Positions 17,233 through 26,273 of a DNA stretch of 41,287 bases are shown one piece after another (positions within the stretch are counted from its first letter, which is position 1; each line of letters opens with the position of its first letter). The notes under the pieces were generated by a model that worked only from the letters and a program-made list of their open reading frames with translations, did not search any database and was not told the DNA's origin. This DNA is from Gemmatimonadaceae bacterium. GTDB lineage: Bacteria; Gemmatimonadota; Gemmatimonadetes; Gemmatimonadales; Gemmatimonadaceae. Made by a program: the position numbers and the translations under genes. The DNA lies in contig DASSNR010000034.1 in assembly GCA_035687925.1 (NCBI GenBank), forward strand, positions 1-41,287, read 5' to 3'.

Positions 17233-18525
17233 GTGAGAACCATGCCCGAGGCGGTGATCCACGTGGAGCATCTGGGGAAGCGCTACCGCATCGGCACAGC
17301 GGCCGAGCGGCACGACACGCTGCGCGACGCGATCGTGCACGTAGCGAAGTCGCCGCTCCGTGTGGCGCGGCGCGTGGCGCGAACCGGCCGAACGGATGCG
17401 AACAACGCACGCGATGGCGCCGACACCGTGTGGGCGCTCCGCGATGTCTCGTTCGATGTGCACCGCGGCGAAGTGCTCGGCATCATCGGGCGCAACGGGG
17501 CGGGGAAGAGCACCGTCCTCAAAATTCTGTCGCGCATCACCGAGCCGACGACCGGGCGCGCAGTGGTGCACGGGCAGGTGGGCTCGCTGCTCGAGGTCGG
17601 GACGGGGTTCCACCCGGAGCTCACGGGGCGCGAGAACGTGTTCCTCAATGGCGCGATCCTCGGGATGGGGCGCTCGTACATCGAGCAGCACTTCGACGAG
17701 ATCGTCGACTTCTCCGGTGTCGAGACGTTCATCGACACACCGGTGAAGCGCTACTCGAGCGGGATGAAAGTCCGGCTCGCGTTCGCCGTCGCCGCGCACC
17801 TGCAGCCCGAGGTCCTCATCATCGACGAGGTGCTCGCCGTGGGGGACGTGGGCTTCCAGAAGAAGTGCCTGGGGAAGATGCAGGACGTGGCGACGAGCGG
17901 GCGCACGGTGCTCTTCGTGAGCCACAACATGGCGGCCGTCCGCTCGCTCTGTCACCGCTGCCTCCTCATGCACGGCGGCTCCGTGCACATGAACGGCGCT
18001 CCGGACGCCGTGGTCGAGCGCTACCTCGAGCTGCACGAGGACGTCGACCCGCGCGCGGAGCGCACGACGCTCGCGGCCGATCGCGGCGGACCGGGGTTCG
18101 TGCTGCACTACACCGACACGCCGGCGAGCATCACCGCCGATTGCGGCGACCCACTCGCCATCGCGTTCGAGATCGAGACGCCCGCGCCGCTCGATGAAGC
18201 GAGCGTCGGACTCACCTTCGTCAATACCGTCGGCGATCCGGTCGTGAGCATGAGCAGCAAGGTGCAGAACGTCCGCAGCGCGCAAGGCACATCGCGCCGC
18301 TGGCGTGTGCGGTGCGATCTCGGCCGCATCCCGCTCAACGCGGGGAGCTACACCGCAAAGGTGTACCTCGGCGACGGGATGAACGACATCGCGCGCTTCA
18401 CCGGCGCGTTCGCGCTGCGCGTCATGGAGCACGACGTCTTCGGATGGGGGAAGGAATTGCCCGACGTTCGCAACTGGGGCCCCGTGTACTGGGCGCCGCA
18501 GTGGGACATCCACCCCTCCGCCTGA
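17233..18525 (+). CDS. wzt: ABC polysaccharide export ATP-binding protein (Wzt/TagH family) with a ~165-aa C-terminal extension
   Basis: Walker A GIIGRNGAGKST, ABC signature YSSGMKVRLAFA and Walker B VLIIDEVLAVGD. The extra domain starts at about nt 18025. The start is GTG 17233, with GAGGTG 5 nt upstream, or ATG 17242. Confidence 0.9.
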   Translation: MRTMPEAVIHVEHLGKRYRIGTAAERHDTLRDAIVHVAKSPLRVARRVARTGRTDANNARDGADTVWALRDVSFDVHRGEVLGIIGRNGAGKSTVLKILSRITEPTTGRAVVHGQVGSLLEVGTGFHPELTGRENVFLNGAILGMGRSYIEQHFDEIVDFSGVETFIDTPVKRYSSGMKVRLAFAVAAHLQPEVLIIDEVLAVGDVGFQKKCLGKMQDVATSGRTVLFVSHNMAAVRSLCHRCLLMHGGSVHMNGAPDAVVERYLELHEDVDPRAERTTLAADRGGPGFVLHYTDTPASITADCGDPLAIAFEIETPAPLDEASVGLTFVNTVGDPVVSMSSKVQNVRSAQGTSRRWRVRCDLGRIPLNAGSYTAKVYLGDGMNDIARFTGAFALRVMEHDVFGWGKELPDVRNWGPVYWAPQWDIHPSA

Positions 18526-18541
18526 GCGACGAGGGACACGC

Positions 18542-20347
18542 GTGCCGGGGTTGTTCGGGATCATCGCGAAGACGCCAGCACTCGGCGCCGACCAGCTGCG
18601 GGCGATGGCGCAGCGCATGGCGGACGCGATGCGCCGCCAACCGTGGATGCTCACGGAGCTGTGGACGAGCGACGCGTTCTGCGGCGGGCGCGTGCACCTC
18701 GGCGTGCTCAATCCCGATCCGCAGCCGCTCGGCACGGCTGGCGGACGAGCGCTGGCCTGGTTCGATGGCGAAACGTACGCGCCGAGCGCGAACGACGGTG
18801 CGACGCCCACGGCCGAGGAGATCGTGCGCGACACGGATGCCGCCGGCGCCGGGCTCGCCAAGCTCGACGGCGTCTACACACTCGCGCGCTACACACCGGC
18901 CACGAACGAGCTCGTCATCGCCAACGACCGCCTCGGCTTCCGTCCGCTCTACTGGACGGAGACGGACACGTGGTTCGCATACGCGGCCGAGGTGAAGTCG
19001 CTGCTCGCGATTCGCGAGACGCTTCCCGCCGTCGACGAGCTCGCGGTCGCGCAGTTCCTGAGCTTCGATTACATGCTCGGCGAGCGCACGTGGTGGCGCG
19101 GGATCGAGCTGCTCCCACCTGCGAGCCTGTGGCGCATCTCGCCGACGGGGATCGACCGGCATCCCTACTGGAGCTTCAGCTGCATCCGTCGCGACGTGCG
19201 GGACGTGGCGGAGGTGCGGGAGGAGTTCGGCCGCCTCTGGTCGACGGCGATCCGGCAGCGTATAAAGCCCGGCATCACGCCACTGCTCCTGAGCGGCGGA
19301 CTCGACTCGCGCGCGCTGCTCGCCGAGATGCGCGCACAGGGGAGCGACCTCGCGACCATCACGTTCGGGAGCGAGGAGTGCTCGGACATGCGCATCGCGC
19401 GGCAGTGCGCGCAGATCGCCGGCGTCCCGCATCGCGCGCTCGCCCTCTCGGCGGAGAACTGGTGGCACCGCCGCGAGGAGGCGATCTGGCAAACGGATGG
19501 GCTCGTCAACGCGATGCACCTGCACGTGGCGATCGCCATGGACGAGATGCACACCGGGAACCAGCACACGCTCAAGAACAGCACCGGTGACACGCTGTTC
19601 GGCGGAAGCAAGCTGCGCGAGCCCGTGGCCGACTGGACGCGCGCGCCCGGGGATCTGCTCGATCGGATGTACCTCGGGAATCCGTTCTTCACACGCGGCG
19701 ACGTGACCGAGGCCTCGCTCGGCGATTGTGCACGCTACCTGTGCGGGCCGAGCTCCGACTGCTTCGCCATCTCGCAGCGCCAGCGGCGGATGATCCTTAC
19801 CGGGCCGCTCGCGCTCTCGGCGCACTGCGAGGTGGTGAATCCCGGCGTGGGACTCGCGATGCTGCACCTCATGCTCGGCGCGCTCCCCGATGCAGAGCGG
19901 CGCGGGAGCCGGTTCTACAATCGCGTGCTCGCCGAGCGCTATCCCGCGTACTTCGCGAACGTGCCGTGGCAGCTCACGGGGCGCGGGCTCGCCGAATCGT
20001 TCCCGGTGCGCGCTCGGCGCGGCGTTCGTGCGCGATTGGCGCGGCGGCTTCGCTTGCGCGAGAACCCGTACGGCGGGCGCTTCGCGGATTACCCCGCGTT
20101 CGTGCGCGCGAGCGACGTGCGCGAGCGGCTGCTGCAGAGTGATCTGTTGCTCGATCAGACTCTCGGCGGTGCGGTGCGGCGCGCGCTCGCATCCGCCGAT
20201 GGCGCGCCGGTCGACGCACGTACGGAGTTGGCGATTCTCACCGCCGAGGTCTACCTGCGTCAGGCCGAGGCGGGATCGACGAGCGATGCACACAGCGCGG
20301 CCGTCGTCGAAGAGCGGCGCGCATCGTGCGATGCGATGCTCTCGTGA
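18542..20347 (+). CDS. Asparagine-synthase-family protein, paralog 3. It lacks the N-terminal Cys nucleophile but keeps the PP-loop.
   Basis: 601 aa. The N-terminus reads (GTG)PGLFGIIA instead of MCGIxG. It retains NDRLGFRPLYW in the glutaminase-fold region and LLLSGGLDSRALLAEM in the synthetase domain. Confidence 0.85.
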   Translation: MPGLFGIIAKTPALGADQLRAMAQRMADAMRRQPWMLTELWTSDAFCGGRVHLGVLNPDPQPLGTAGGRALAWFDGETYAPSANDGATPTAEEIVRDTDAAGAGLAKLDGVYTLARYTPATNELVIANDRLGFRPLYWTETDTWFAYAAEVKSLLAIRETLPAVDELAVAQFLSFDYMLGERTWWRGIELLPPASLWRISPTGIDRHPYWSFSCIRRDVRDVAEVREEFGRLWSTAIRQRIKPGITPLLLSGGLDSRALLAEMRAQGSDLATITFGSEECSDMRIARQCAQIAGVPHRALALSAENWWHRREEAIWQTDGLVNAMHLHVAIAMDEMHTGNQHTLKNSTGDTLFGGSKLREPVADWTRAPGDLLDRMYLGNPFFTRGDVTEASLGDCARYLCGPSSDCFAISQRQRRMILTGPLALSAHCEVVNPGVGLAMLHLMLGALPDAERRGSRFYNRVLAERYPAYFANVPWQLTGRGLAESFPVRARRGVRARLARRLRLRENPYGGRFADYPAFVRASDVRERLLQSDLLLDQTLGGAVRRALASADGAPVDARTELAILTAEVYLRQAEAGSTSDAHSAAVVEERRASCDAMLS

Positions 20348-20363
20348 TGATTAGTGACGACGT

Positions 20364-21614
20364 ATGAGAATCGCAGAGATTGTCGAGTACTTTCCCGCGG
20401 TATCGGAGACGTTCATCCTCCGGCAGATGGTCGGGCTCGCCGCGCTCGGGCACAAGGTGGATGTGTTCTCGAACCGGCGCCCCCAAGATGAGTACGTCGT
20501 GCACGAGCAGGTGCACGACAGTGGCCTCGATCGGCGCGTGCGCTACGTGCACGGGGGTCGCCCCGTGCCGCAGTCACTCGCGCGCGATGCGGCGCTCGCG
20601 CTGCGGCTCGCGGTGCAGCGTCCCTCGGTGCTGCGGATGCTCGGCCGCGACCGAAGCGCGCCGTACGGTGGGCGCCGCTCGCTCCTGCCGCGACTGAAGG
20701 TGCTGGCCGGCCGAGGCGGATACGACGTGGTCCATTGCCACTTCGGGACCGTCGGCCTCGCGTATCGCTTCGCGGCCGAGTACTGGAACGCGCCGCTGGT
20801 GGTGAGCTTCCACGGTATCGATTACTCGAGGGATCCGCTCGTCTTCGGGCCGCGCGTGTACGAGCCGCTGTTCGAGATCGCGAACGCGGTGACGGTGAAC
20901 TGCGCGTACGCGCGCGATCGGCTCGAGCAGCTCGGGTGTCCGCGGGAGAAGCTGCACATCCTCCATCTCGGTGTGGACCCGAGCGACTACACGTTCCGCG
21001 AGCGACGCGAAAACGGGCGGAACGAGGTGCGCATCCTCACGGTCGCGCGGCTCGTGGAGAAGAAGGGAGTGGAGTACGCGCTGCGCGCAGTGGCGCAGGT
21101 GGCGTGCACCACGCCGGGCGTGCACTACGAGATCATCGGCGACGGGCCGCTGCGCGAAGAGCTCGAGTCTCTCGCGCGCTCGCTCGGGGTGGATGGGTGC
21201 GTGACGTTTCGCGGCTCGCAGGAGCAGCACGTCGTCCGCTCGGCGATGTGGGAGGCGGACATCTTCCTGCTTCCGAGCGTGACCGCGAAGAACGGCGATC
21301 AGGAAGGAACGCCCACGGTCATCATCGAGGCATCGAGCAGCGGGCTGCCGGTCGTGAGCACGTTCCACAGTGGGATTCCCGAGGTGGTGCTCGACGGGCG
21401 GACAGGATGTCTGGTGCCGGAGCGCGACGCCAGCGCGCTGGCGGATCGACTCCGCTTTCTCATCGCGCACCCCGAAGTGCGCTCGACAATGGGGCGTGCG
21501 GGGCGCCGGCACATCGAGCAGGAGTTCGACATCCGCGCGCTCAACCGGCAACTCGAGGGGATCTACACCGGGTTGGTCGCGCAGCGCCACGCGCCGCAGC
21601 CTACCGTCGCGTGA
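20364..21614 (+). CDS. Glycosyltransferase family 4 (WcaL-like)
   Basis: MRIAEIVEYFPAVSETFILRQMVGLAALGHKVDVFS N-terminus and GDQEGTPTVIIEASSSGLPVVSTFHSGIPE (E-x7-E). Confidence 0.87.
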   Translation: MRIAEIVEYFPAVSETFILRQMVGLAALGHKVDVFSNRRPQDEYVVHEQVHDSGLDRRVRYVHGGRPVPQSLARDAALALRLAVQRPSVLRMLGRDRSAPYGGRRSLLPRLKVLAGRGGYDVVHCHFGTVGLAYRFAAEYWNAPLVVSFHGIDYSRDPLVFGPRVYEPLFEIANAVTVNCAYARDRLEQLGCPREKLHILHLGVDPSDYTFRERRENGRNEVRILTVARLVEKKGVEYALRAVAQVACTTPGVHYEIIGDGPLREELESLARSLGVDGCVTFRGSQEQHVVRSAMWEADIFLLPSVTAKNGDQEGTPTVIIEASSSGLPVVSTFHSGIPEVVLDGRTGCLVPERDASALADRLRFLIAHPEVRSTMGRAGRRHIEQEFDIRALNRQLEGIYTGLVAQRHAPQPTVA

Positions 21615-23562
21615 CGACGGTGCGCTTCAACGCGTAGACCTGTACCGGGTAGCGCGAGCCAGGGAAGGTCTGCTCGAGCGCGTAGCGCGTGGCGAGCAGC
21701 TGGCCGTCGGGGTCGAGGTACGACAGGAACGTGCGGCCGGTGTAGCCATCGACTACGATGAGCCTGGGCGGCGCGGAGTCGAGCGCTGCGCGCATCCGCG
21801 CGGCGACGTCCGGCGGCGCGCCGCGATCGTAGGCCAGCGGGTGCGAGATCATCATGAACGGCGGGCGCTGCGCCGTCACCGCCCAGATCATCGCGCCGGA
21901 CATGACCTGATCGCGCGGGCCGGAGTGCGCGTCGATGTAGCGGGTGACATTTGCCACCGTGCGCGGCGACCAGACGCACTCGTAGGCGACGGTCATCGCG
22001 CGTCCCGCCGCGGTGAATGCCGAGATGAACGTCGCGACGATGAGGATGAGCCCAACGTAGGCAGCCCGTTCGATCCATCGGACGCTCGCGAGGAACACGA
22101 CGACGATGACTCCCGCGAGCGTGATGAGCAGCTTCGCCACCGTGCTGAGGTGGTGCGGCGCCGATGACCCGACGGCGCCGCTCGCGATGATGGCGACGAC
22201 GGCGACGCCCAGCATCGCGGCCCAACGCGACCATCGAGTCGCGCGCGCGTACGCGAGGACGACGAGCAGCGCCAGCACCAGGACGAGGGCGGTGTGCGGC
22301 ACTTCCGTCGCCGGTCGCACCCGATAGAAGACGAACACGGCTGCGAGCCCCGCGCCGAGCGCGATCGCGCGCCCCACACTCGGCGATGCCGAGGCGACGA
22401 TGCCCGATAGATACCAGAGCGAGAACGCGAGCAGGATGGCGAGCGGCGGCACCGTCTCGGTGAAGTACTGCGTGAAGTAGCCGCGGTGAATGGCCCAGTA
22501 GGCGTACGCGAGCATGAGGGCGAGCGACCAGCAGTACAGAAGCACGAGCGGCTGCCAGTAGCGCCGGAGCTCGATCGGTCGCCGGATGCGGAGGTACACG
22601 ACGATGACCGCTGCGACGACGAGCCCCGCGAAGAGAAAGGCATCCAGCGCGATTGTCTCGCGCACGGCGCCGAGGGTCGTCGTCCACGATTGGACGGAGA
22701 GGCGGAGCACGTCGTGGTCGCCGGGTGGGCCGCTTACCGGCGCGGCGATGAACGTGCCGACCGCGCTGATGGCGAGGCCGAACGGATTCAGACTGCTGCC
22801 CCAGAGCTCCGCCGCCGTCATGTAGCGTGAGTACCACGCGACCGCGAGCGCGACGATGAGGAGTCCGCCGACGATCAGCGCGCCGTACGCGCGCGCGAGG
22901 CGCTGCGGGCGCGACCAGAGCGCGGCGAGCAGGAAGACGACGAGTGCGGCGGTAACCGCGAGGCTCGACTGTCTGACATAGAACGCGATCCCGAGCATGG
23001 CGCCGGCGAGCACGAGCCAGAGCCATCCCTCGCCGCGCTCCCCCATCCGCTGCATGAACCGCACGGTGCCGTAGACAGCAATGCTGCACAGGAACGCGGT
23101 CAACGGTTCCGTCTTCACGATGGGCGACCAGATGATCACCAGCGGATGGAAGACGTAGATGGCGGTGGCCAGGAGCGCGACGCGCTCGTTGAAGAGCCGG
23201 CGCGCGATGAGGAAGACGAACACGGCCGTCCCCATGATGGCCAGCACCGGCAGCAGGCGCGCGACGAAGTAGTTACCGGGGAACAGCGCGAGGATGCCGG
23301 CTTGCAGATACGCGTAGAGCGGCTGGCGCGACTGGAAATCGACGAGTGGAACGAGCCCGTGCAGGATGAGCTGGCCATCCATCAGGTGCGCGCCCTCATC
23401 CGGATTGATCCATCGGAAGGGGAGGAGGCCGATACGCAGCAGCAGTCCGGCGGCGAGGATGACACCGAGCCACGCGGCCGTGCCTTCAGCAGACCGCGGC
23501 TGTGCGCGTGATGGGGTCAGGACCATCACGCGGCCGCTGGGGAGAGTCTCTACACGTTGCAC
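21601..23562 (-). CDS. GT-C fold membrane glycosyltransferase (GT39/GT83, ArnT/PMT-like)
   Basis: 653 aa with more than 10 predicted hydrophobic spans. The first-loop acidic motif is PFRWINPDEGAH, and a soluble C-terminal domain follows. The start is uncertain: GTG 23562 or ATG 23526. It overlaps the convergent GT4 gene by 14 nt. Confidence 0.78.
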   Translation of the reverse strand: MQRVETLPSGRVMVLTPSRAQPRSAEGTAAWLGVILAAGLLLRIGLLPFRWINPDEGAHLMDGQLILHGLVPLVDFQSRQPLYAYLQAGILALFPGNYFVARLLPVLAIMGTAVFVFLIARRLFNERVALLATAIYVFHPLVIIWSPIVKTEPLTAFLCSIAVYGTVRFMQRMGERGEGWLWLVLAGAMLGIAFYVRQSSLAVTAALVVFLLAALWSRPQRLARAYGALIVGGLLIVALAVAWYSRYMTAAELWGSSLNPFGLAISAVGTFIAAPVSGPPGDHDVLRLSVQSWTTTLGAVRETIALDAFLFAGLVVAAVIVVYLRIRRPIELRRYWQPLVLLYCWSLALMLAYAYWAIHRGYFTQYFTETVPPLAILLAFSLWYLSGIVASASPSVGRAIALGAGLAAVFVFYRVRPATEVPHTALVLVLALLVVLAYARATRWSRWAAMLGVAVVAIIASGAVGSSAPHHLSTVAKLLITLAGVIVVVFLASVRWIERAAYVGLILIVATFISAFTAAGRAMTVAYECVWSPRTVANVTRYIDAHSGPRDQVMSGAMIWAVTAQRPPFMMISHPLAYDRGAPPDVAARMRAALDSAPPRLIVVDGYTGRTFLSYLDPDGQLLATRYALEQTFPGSRYPVQVYALKRTVVTRR

Positions 23563-23620
23563 GTCTCGATGCTGGGCATGTACTCGCTGAGGCTGCCGGG
23601 GGCGAGTCGCCGCCGCGGAA

Positions 23621-24745
23621 TCACGGCCGCGCCAGCCCCGTGCGTGGAGCGCGAACCCCCCGGTACGCCGACGACCATCGCGACCGCGCGATGGTTACGA
23701 TCGATGCGCGCCGGGATCCAGGCAATAGTCGCAGGAAGTCGGCCGGCAGGCGCTGCAGACGAGGGGGGAATGGTCCGTGCGCCGGCTCGTCCGGGCTCAG
23801 GACGCCCTTGTAGACGAGCGCGGCGCCGGCGCGCCCAGCCAGCTCGTCGGTGCGCTCGTCGCCCGCATTCCAGGGATAGCACAGGTGCCGGGCCGCCGGA
23901 TTCGGGCACCGCGCTTCGATGAGCGCGATCGACGCCGCCATGTCATCAAGAATCGCGCGCGCCGATTCCGCCTCGCTCTCGTACGTGCCGGTGATGCGTC
24001 CGATCCGGTGCAGGTGTCGCGAGCGACGACGCGCGAGGCCATATTCGGCCGCTCCGCTGCGGCGCGCCGACTCCGCCCAGCGGTCGAGCGCATCGCTGTC
24101 GGGACGGAAGGCGCGCCACGCGACGTAGCGCGGACGTCCGAACAGGATCGGCGAGCCGTCGGCGAGCATGAGCTGGCGCGGTGGATAGCTCCTGACCGCA
24201 CGGGGCATCAGGCGCTCGCGGATCGCGGGCGACATGATGTCGACGACCTTCGTGCTCACCGGGGCGTAGTGGTGATACAGGCTGTGCGACCCGACCTCGA
24301 GCACACCCCGCGCGACCCACGCCGAGAGCGCATCCCACCCCGCGAGCAGACCGGAGGACGTGTCAGGCACGAGCCCCGAGACGACGAAGGCGATCGCGCG
24401 GTACTGATATCGCTCGAGGAGCGGCGCGGCGATCGACGTGAGCGACGTGTCGCCATCGTCGAAAGTGATGGCGACGGAGCGGCCATCGGGCTCCCACATC
24501 CCGCGCGCCGCTTGTGCCAGCTCCTCCGCTCCGACGGTTCGATAGCCGCCGTCTCGCAGCCGGATGAGGTCGCGCTCGAACGACGCGTCAACCTCGTGAT
24601 ACATGAACACCGGGATGTGCTGAACGTTGCCGCCGTACACGAATGCGGGCGCGCGCCCGCCGGCGATGGCCAGGACGTCGGGCATGGCCTTCTGCCACCA
24701 ACACTGGGCGCGGTAATGGAACGACATCATTCCGTCCTTCTGCAT
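23621..24745 (-). CDS. Polysaccharide deacetylase (CE4) family protein
   Basis: IPVFMYHEV, SVAITFDDGDTS and VGSHSLYHH. I place the start at ATG MQKDGMMSFHY (complement of 24743-24745). The track ORF reaching 25225 is a non-homologous 5' extension. Confidence 0.8.
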   Translation of the reverse strand: MQKDGMMSFHYRAQCWWQKAMPDVLAIAGGRAPAFVYGGNVQHIPVFMYHEVDASFERDLIRLRDGGYRTVGAEELAQAARGMWEPDGRSVAITFDDGDTSLTSIAAPLLERYQYRAIAFVVSGLVPDTSSGLLAGWDALSAWVARGVLEVGSHSLYHHYAPVSTKVVDIMSPAIRERLMPRAVRSYPPRQLMLADGSPILFGRPRYVAWRAFRPDSDALDRWAESARRSGAAEYGLARRRSRHLHRIGRITGTYESEAESARAILDDMAASIALIEARCPNPAARHLCYPWNAGDERTDELAGRAGAALVYKGVLSPDEPAHGPFPPRLQRLPADFLRLLPGSRRASIVTIARSRWSSAYRGVRAPRTGLARP

Positions 24746-24944
24746 CACTGCGTCGTGAACCGAGTGACCACGCGGGCTCCTCGCAGTGGTCCACCCGCCG
24801 TGGCGGGGCGGCGTCATTGCCCCCCGAAACATCAGACGCCAATCTCCGGCATACCGGTTGCTTCTCACCGTCACGTCCGCTGCGTCGCACACGTTGTGCG
24901 CTCGACGCGGCGTGGATGCAACACAACCGGATCGATTGTGATCT
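24746..24944. promoter_or_regulatory. Divergent intergenic region between the CE4/GT39 operon (-) and the GT4-GT4 operon (+)
   Basis: Outward-facing genes on both sides. It contains the GC palindrome CCCGCCgtGGCGGG and an AGGAGG box at 24948-24953. Confidence 0.3.
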
Positions 24945-26237
24945 GTGAGGAGGACTATTGCAGCTTTGGGACCAAACATCACGCGCGCTCTGCCTGCGGG
25001 AACCGCAGTGTTGAAGGGCGCATTCGCGACCGCGCCGCAGCGCACGGAGGCGAAGGACGATGGGGCTGCGGGGCAGCTCGGAGCGACGGCGAATGCACCA
25101 CTGCGCGTCCTGTTGGCGTGCGACAAACTGGGCATCGAGAACGCGCGGCTGCACGGCGCCGGCCGGCTGGTCATCGATTGGACGCGCGCGCTGCTCGACC
25201 GCGGCGTCGAAGTCACGCCCGTCATCCTGCGCGCCGCGGGAACGCTCGGCGATGAAGTGCACGCGGCCGGACTCCCCTTCGTCTTCCTGAATCGATCGCG
25301 CTACGATCCGCGCACGCTGTGGGATTTCGTCCTGCTGATCAGACGTCACCGCGTGCAGCTCCTCCACCTGCAGGGGTTTGGCTCCAGCCTCTTCGGTCGC
25401 ATCGCCGCGTGGCTGACCGGGACGCGATCCATCGTGCACGTGCACGCGGACCATCGGCAGGAGACGGGCGGCTACCCACTCCTCGTGCGATGGATCGATC
25501 GCGCGCTCGCGGCGCGGACCGACCACGTGCTGACGATCTCGAGCTCGGTCACCGAATTTGCGACGGAGGCGCAGGGGTTCCGAGCGGAGCAGATCACGGT
25601 GTGCCTCAGTCCGATCGACCGATCGCGATTCCGGTGCGCGACGGACGCGGAGCGTAGCGCGGCGCGCGCAACGTTCGAGATCCCGCCGCATGCGCCGGTC
25701 GCGGTGTGCGTCGCCCGCTTCGACGCCGTGAAGGGAGTGGATGTGCTGGTCGATGCATGGGCACGCGTCGCGGCCGAGCTTCCGGATGCGATGCTCCTCC
25801 TCGTGGGGGACGGACCACAGCGCGAGGCGTTGGAGCAACAGGTCGCCGGTACGTCCTGGATGCACAGCGTCCGCTTCGCCGGCTACCGCTCCGATGTCGA
25901 GATCGCGCTCTGGGCGAGCGATGTGGCGGTTGTCCCGAGTCGATACGACGGCTTGAGCCTTGCGGCACTGGAAGCGATGGCGGCCGGCCTCCCCGTCGTC
26001 GCCTCGCGCATCGGCGGCATCCCCGAGATCGTGCGCGACGAGATGACGGGGGTGCTCGTTCCGCCCGAGACCCCCGACGCGCTGGCGTGTGCCCTGATCG
26101 CACTGCTCGGCGATGCGGATCGTCGGCGCCACCTCGGCGTCGCCGCCGCGCACGCATCGATGGAGCACGATCTCGCCGAATTCGCCGAGCAGCTCGAGGG
26201 GATCTACGGGCGCGTGGTCGCTCGATCGGTCACGTGA
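24945..26237 (+). CDS. Glycosyltransferase family 4
   Basis: LRVLLACDKLGIENARLHGAGRL, then SRYDGLSLAALEAMAAGLPVVASRIGGIPE (E-x7-E). The start is poorly defined: GTG 24945, TTG 24966 and GTG 25008 are all in frame. Confidence 0.82.
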   Translation: MRRTIAALGPNITRALPAGTAVLKGAFATAPQRTEAKDDGAAGQLGATANAPLRVLLACDKLGIENARLHGAGRLVIDWTRALLDRGVEVTPVILRAAGTLGDEVHAAGLPFVFLNRSRYDPRTLWDFVLLIRRHRVQLLHLQGFGSSLFGRIAAWLTGTRSIVHVHADHRQETGGYPLLVRWIDRALAARTDHVLTISSSVTEFATEAQGFRAEQITVCLSPIDRSRFRCATDAERSAARATFEIPPHAPVAVCVARFDAVKGVDVLVDAWARVAAELPDAMLLLVGDGPQREALEQQVAGTSWMHSVRFAGYRSDVEIALWASDVAVVPSRYDGLSLAALEAMAAGLPVVASRIGGIPEIVRDEMTGVLVPPETPDALACALIALLGDADRRRHLGVAAAHASMEHDLAEFAEQLEGIYGRVVARSVT

Positions 26238-26273
26238 CCGCGGCGCAGGCCGCGCGTTCAGTCGAATCATGGA

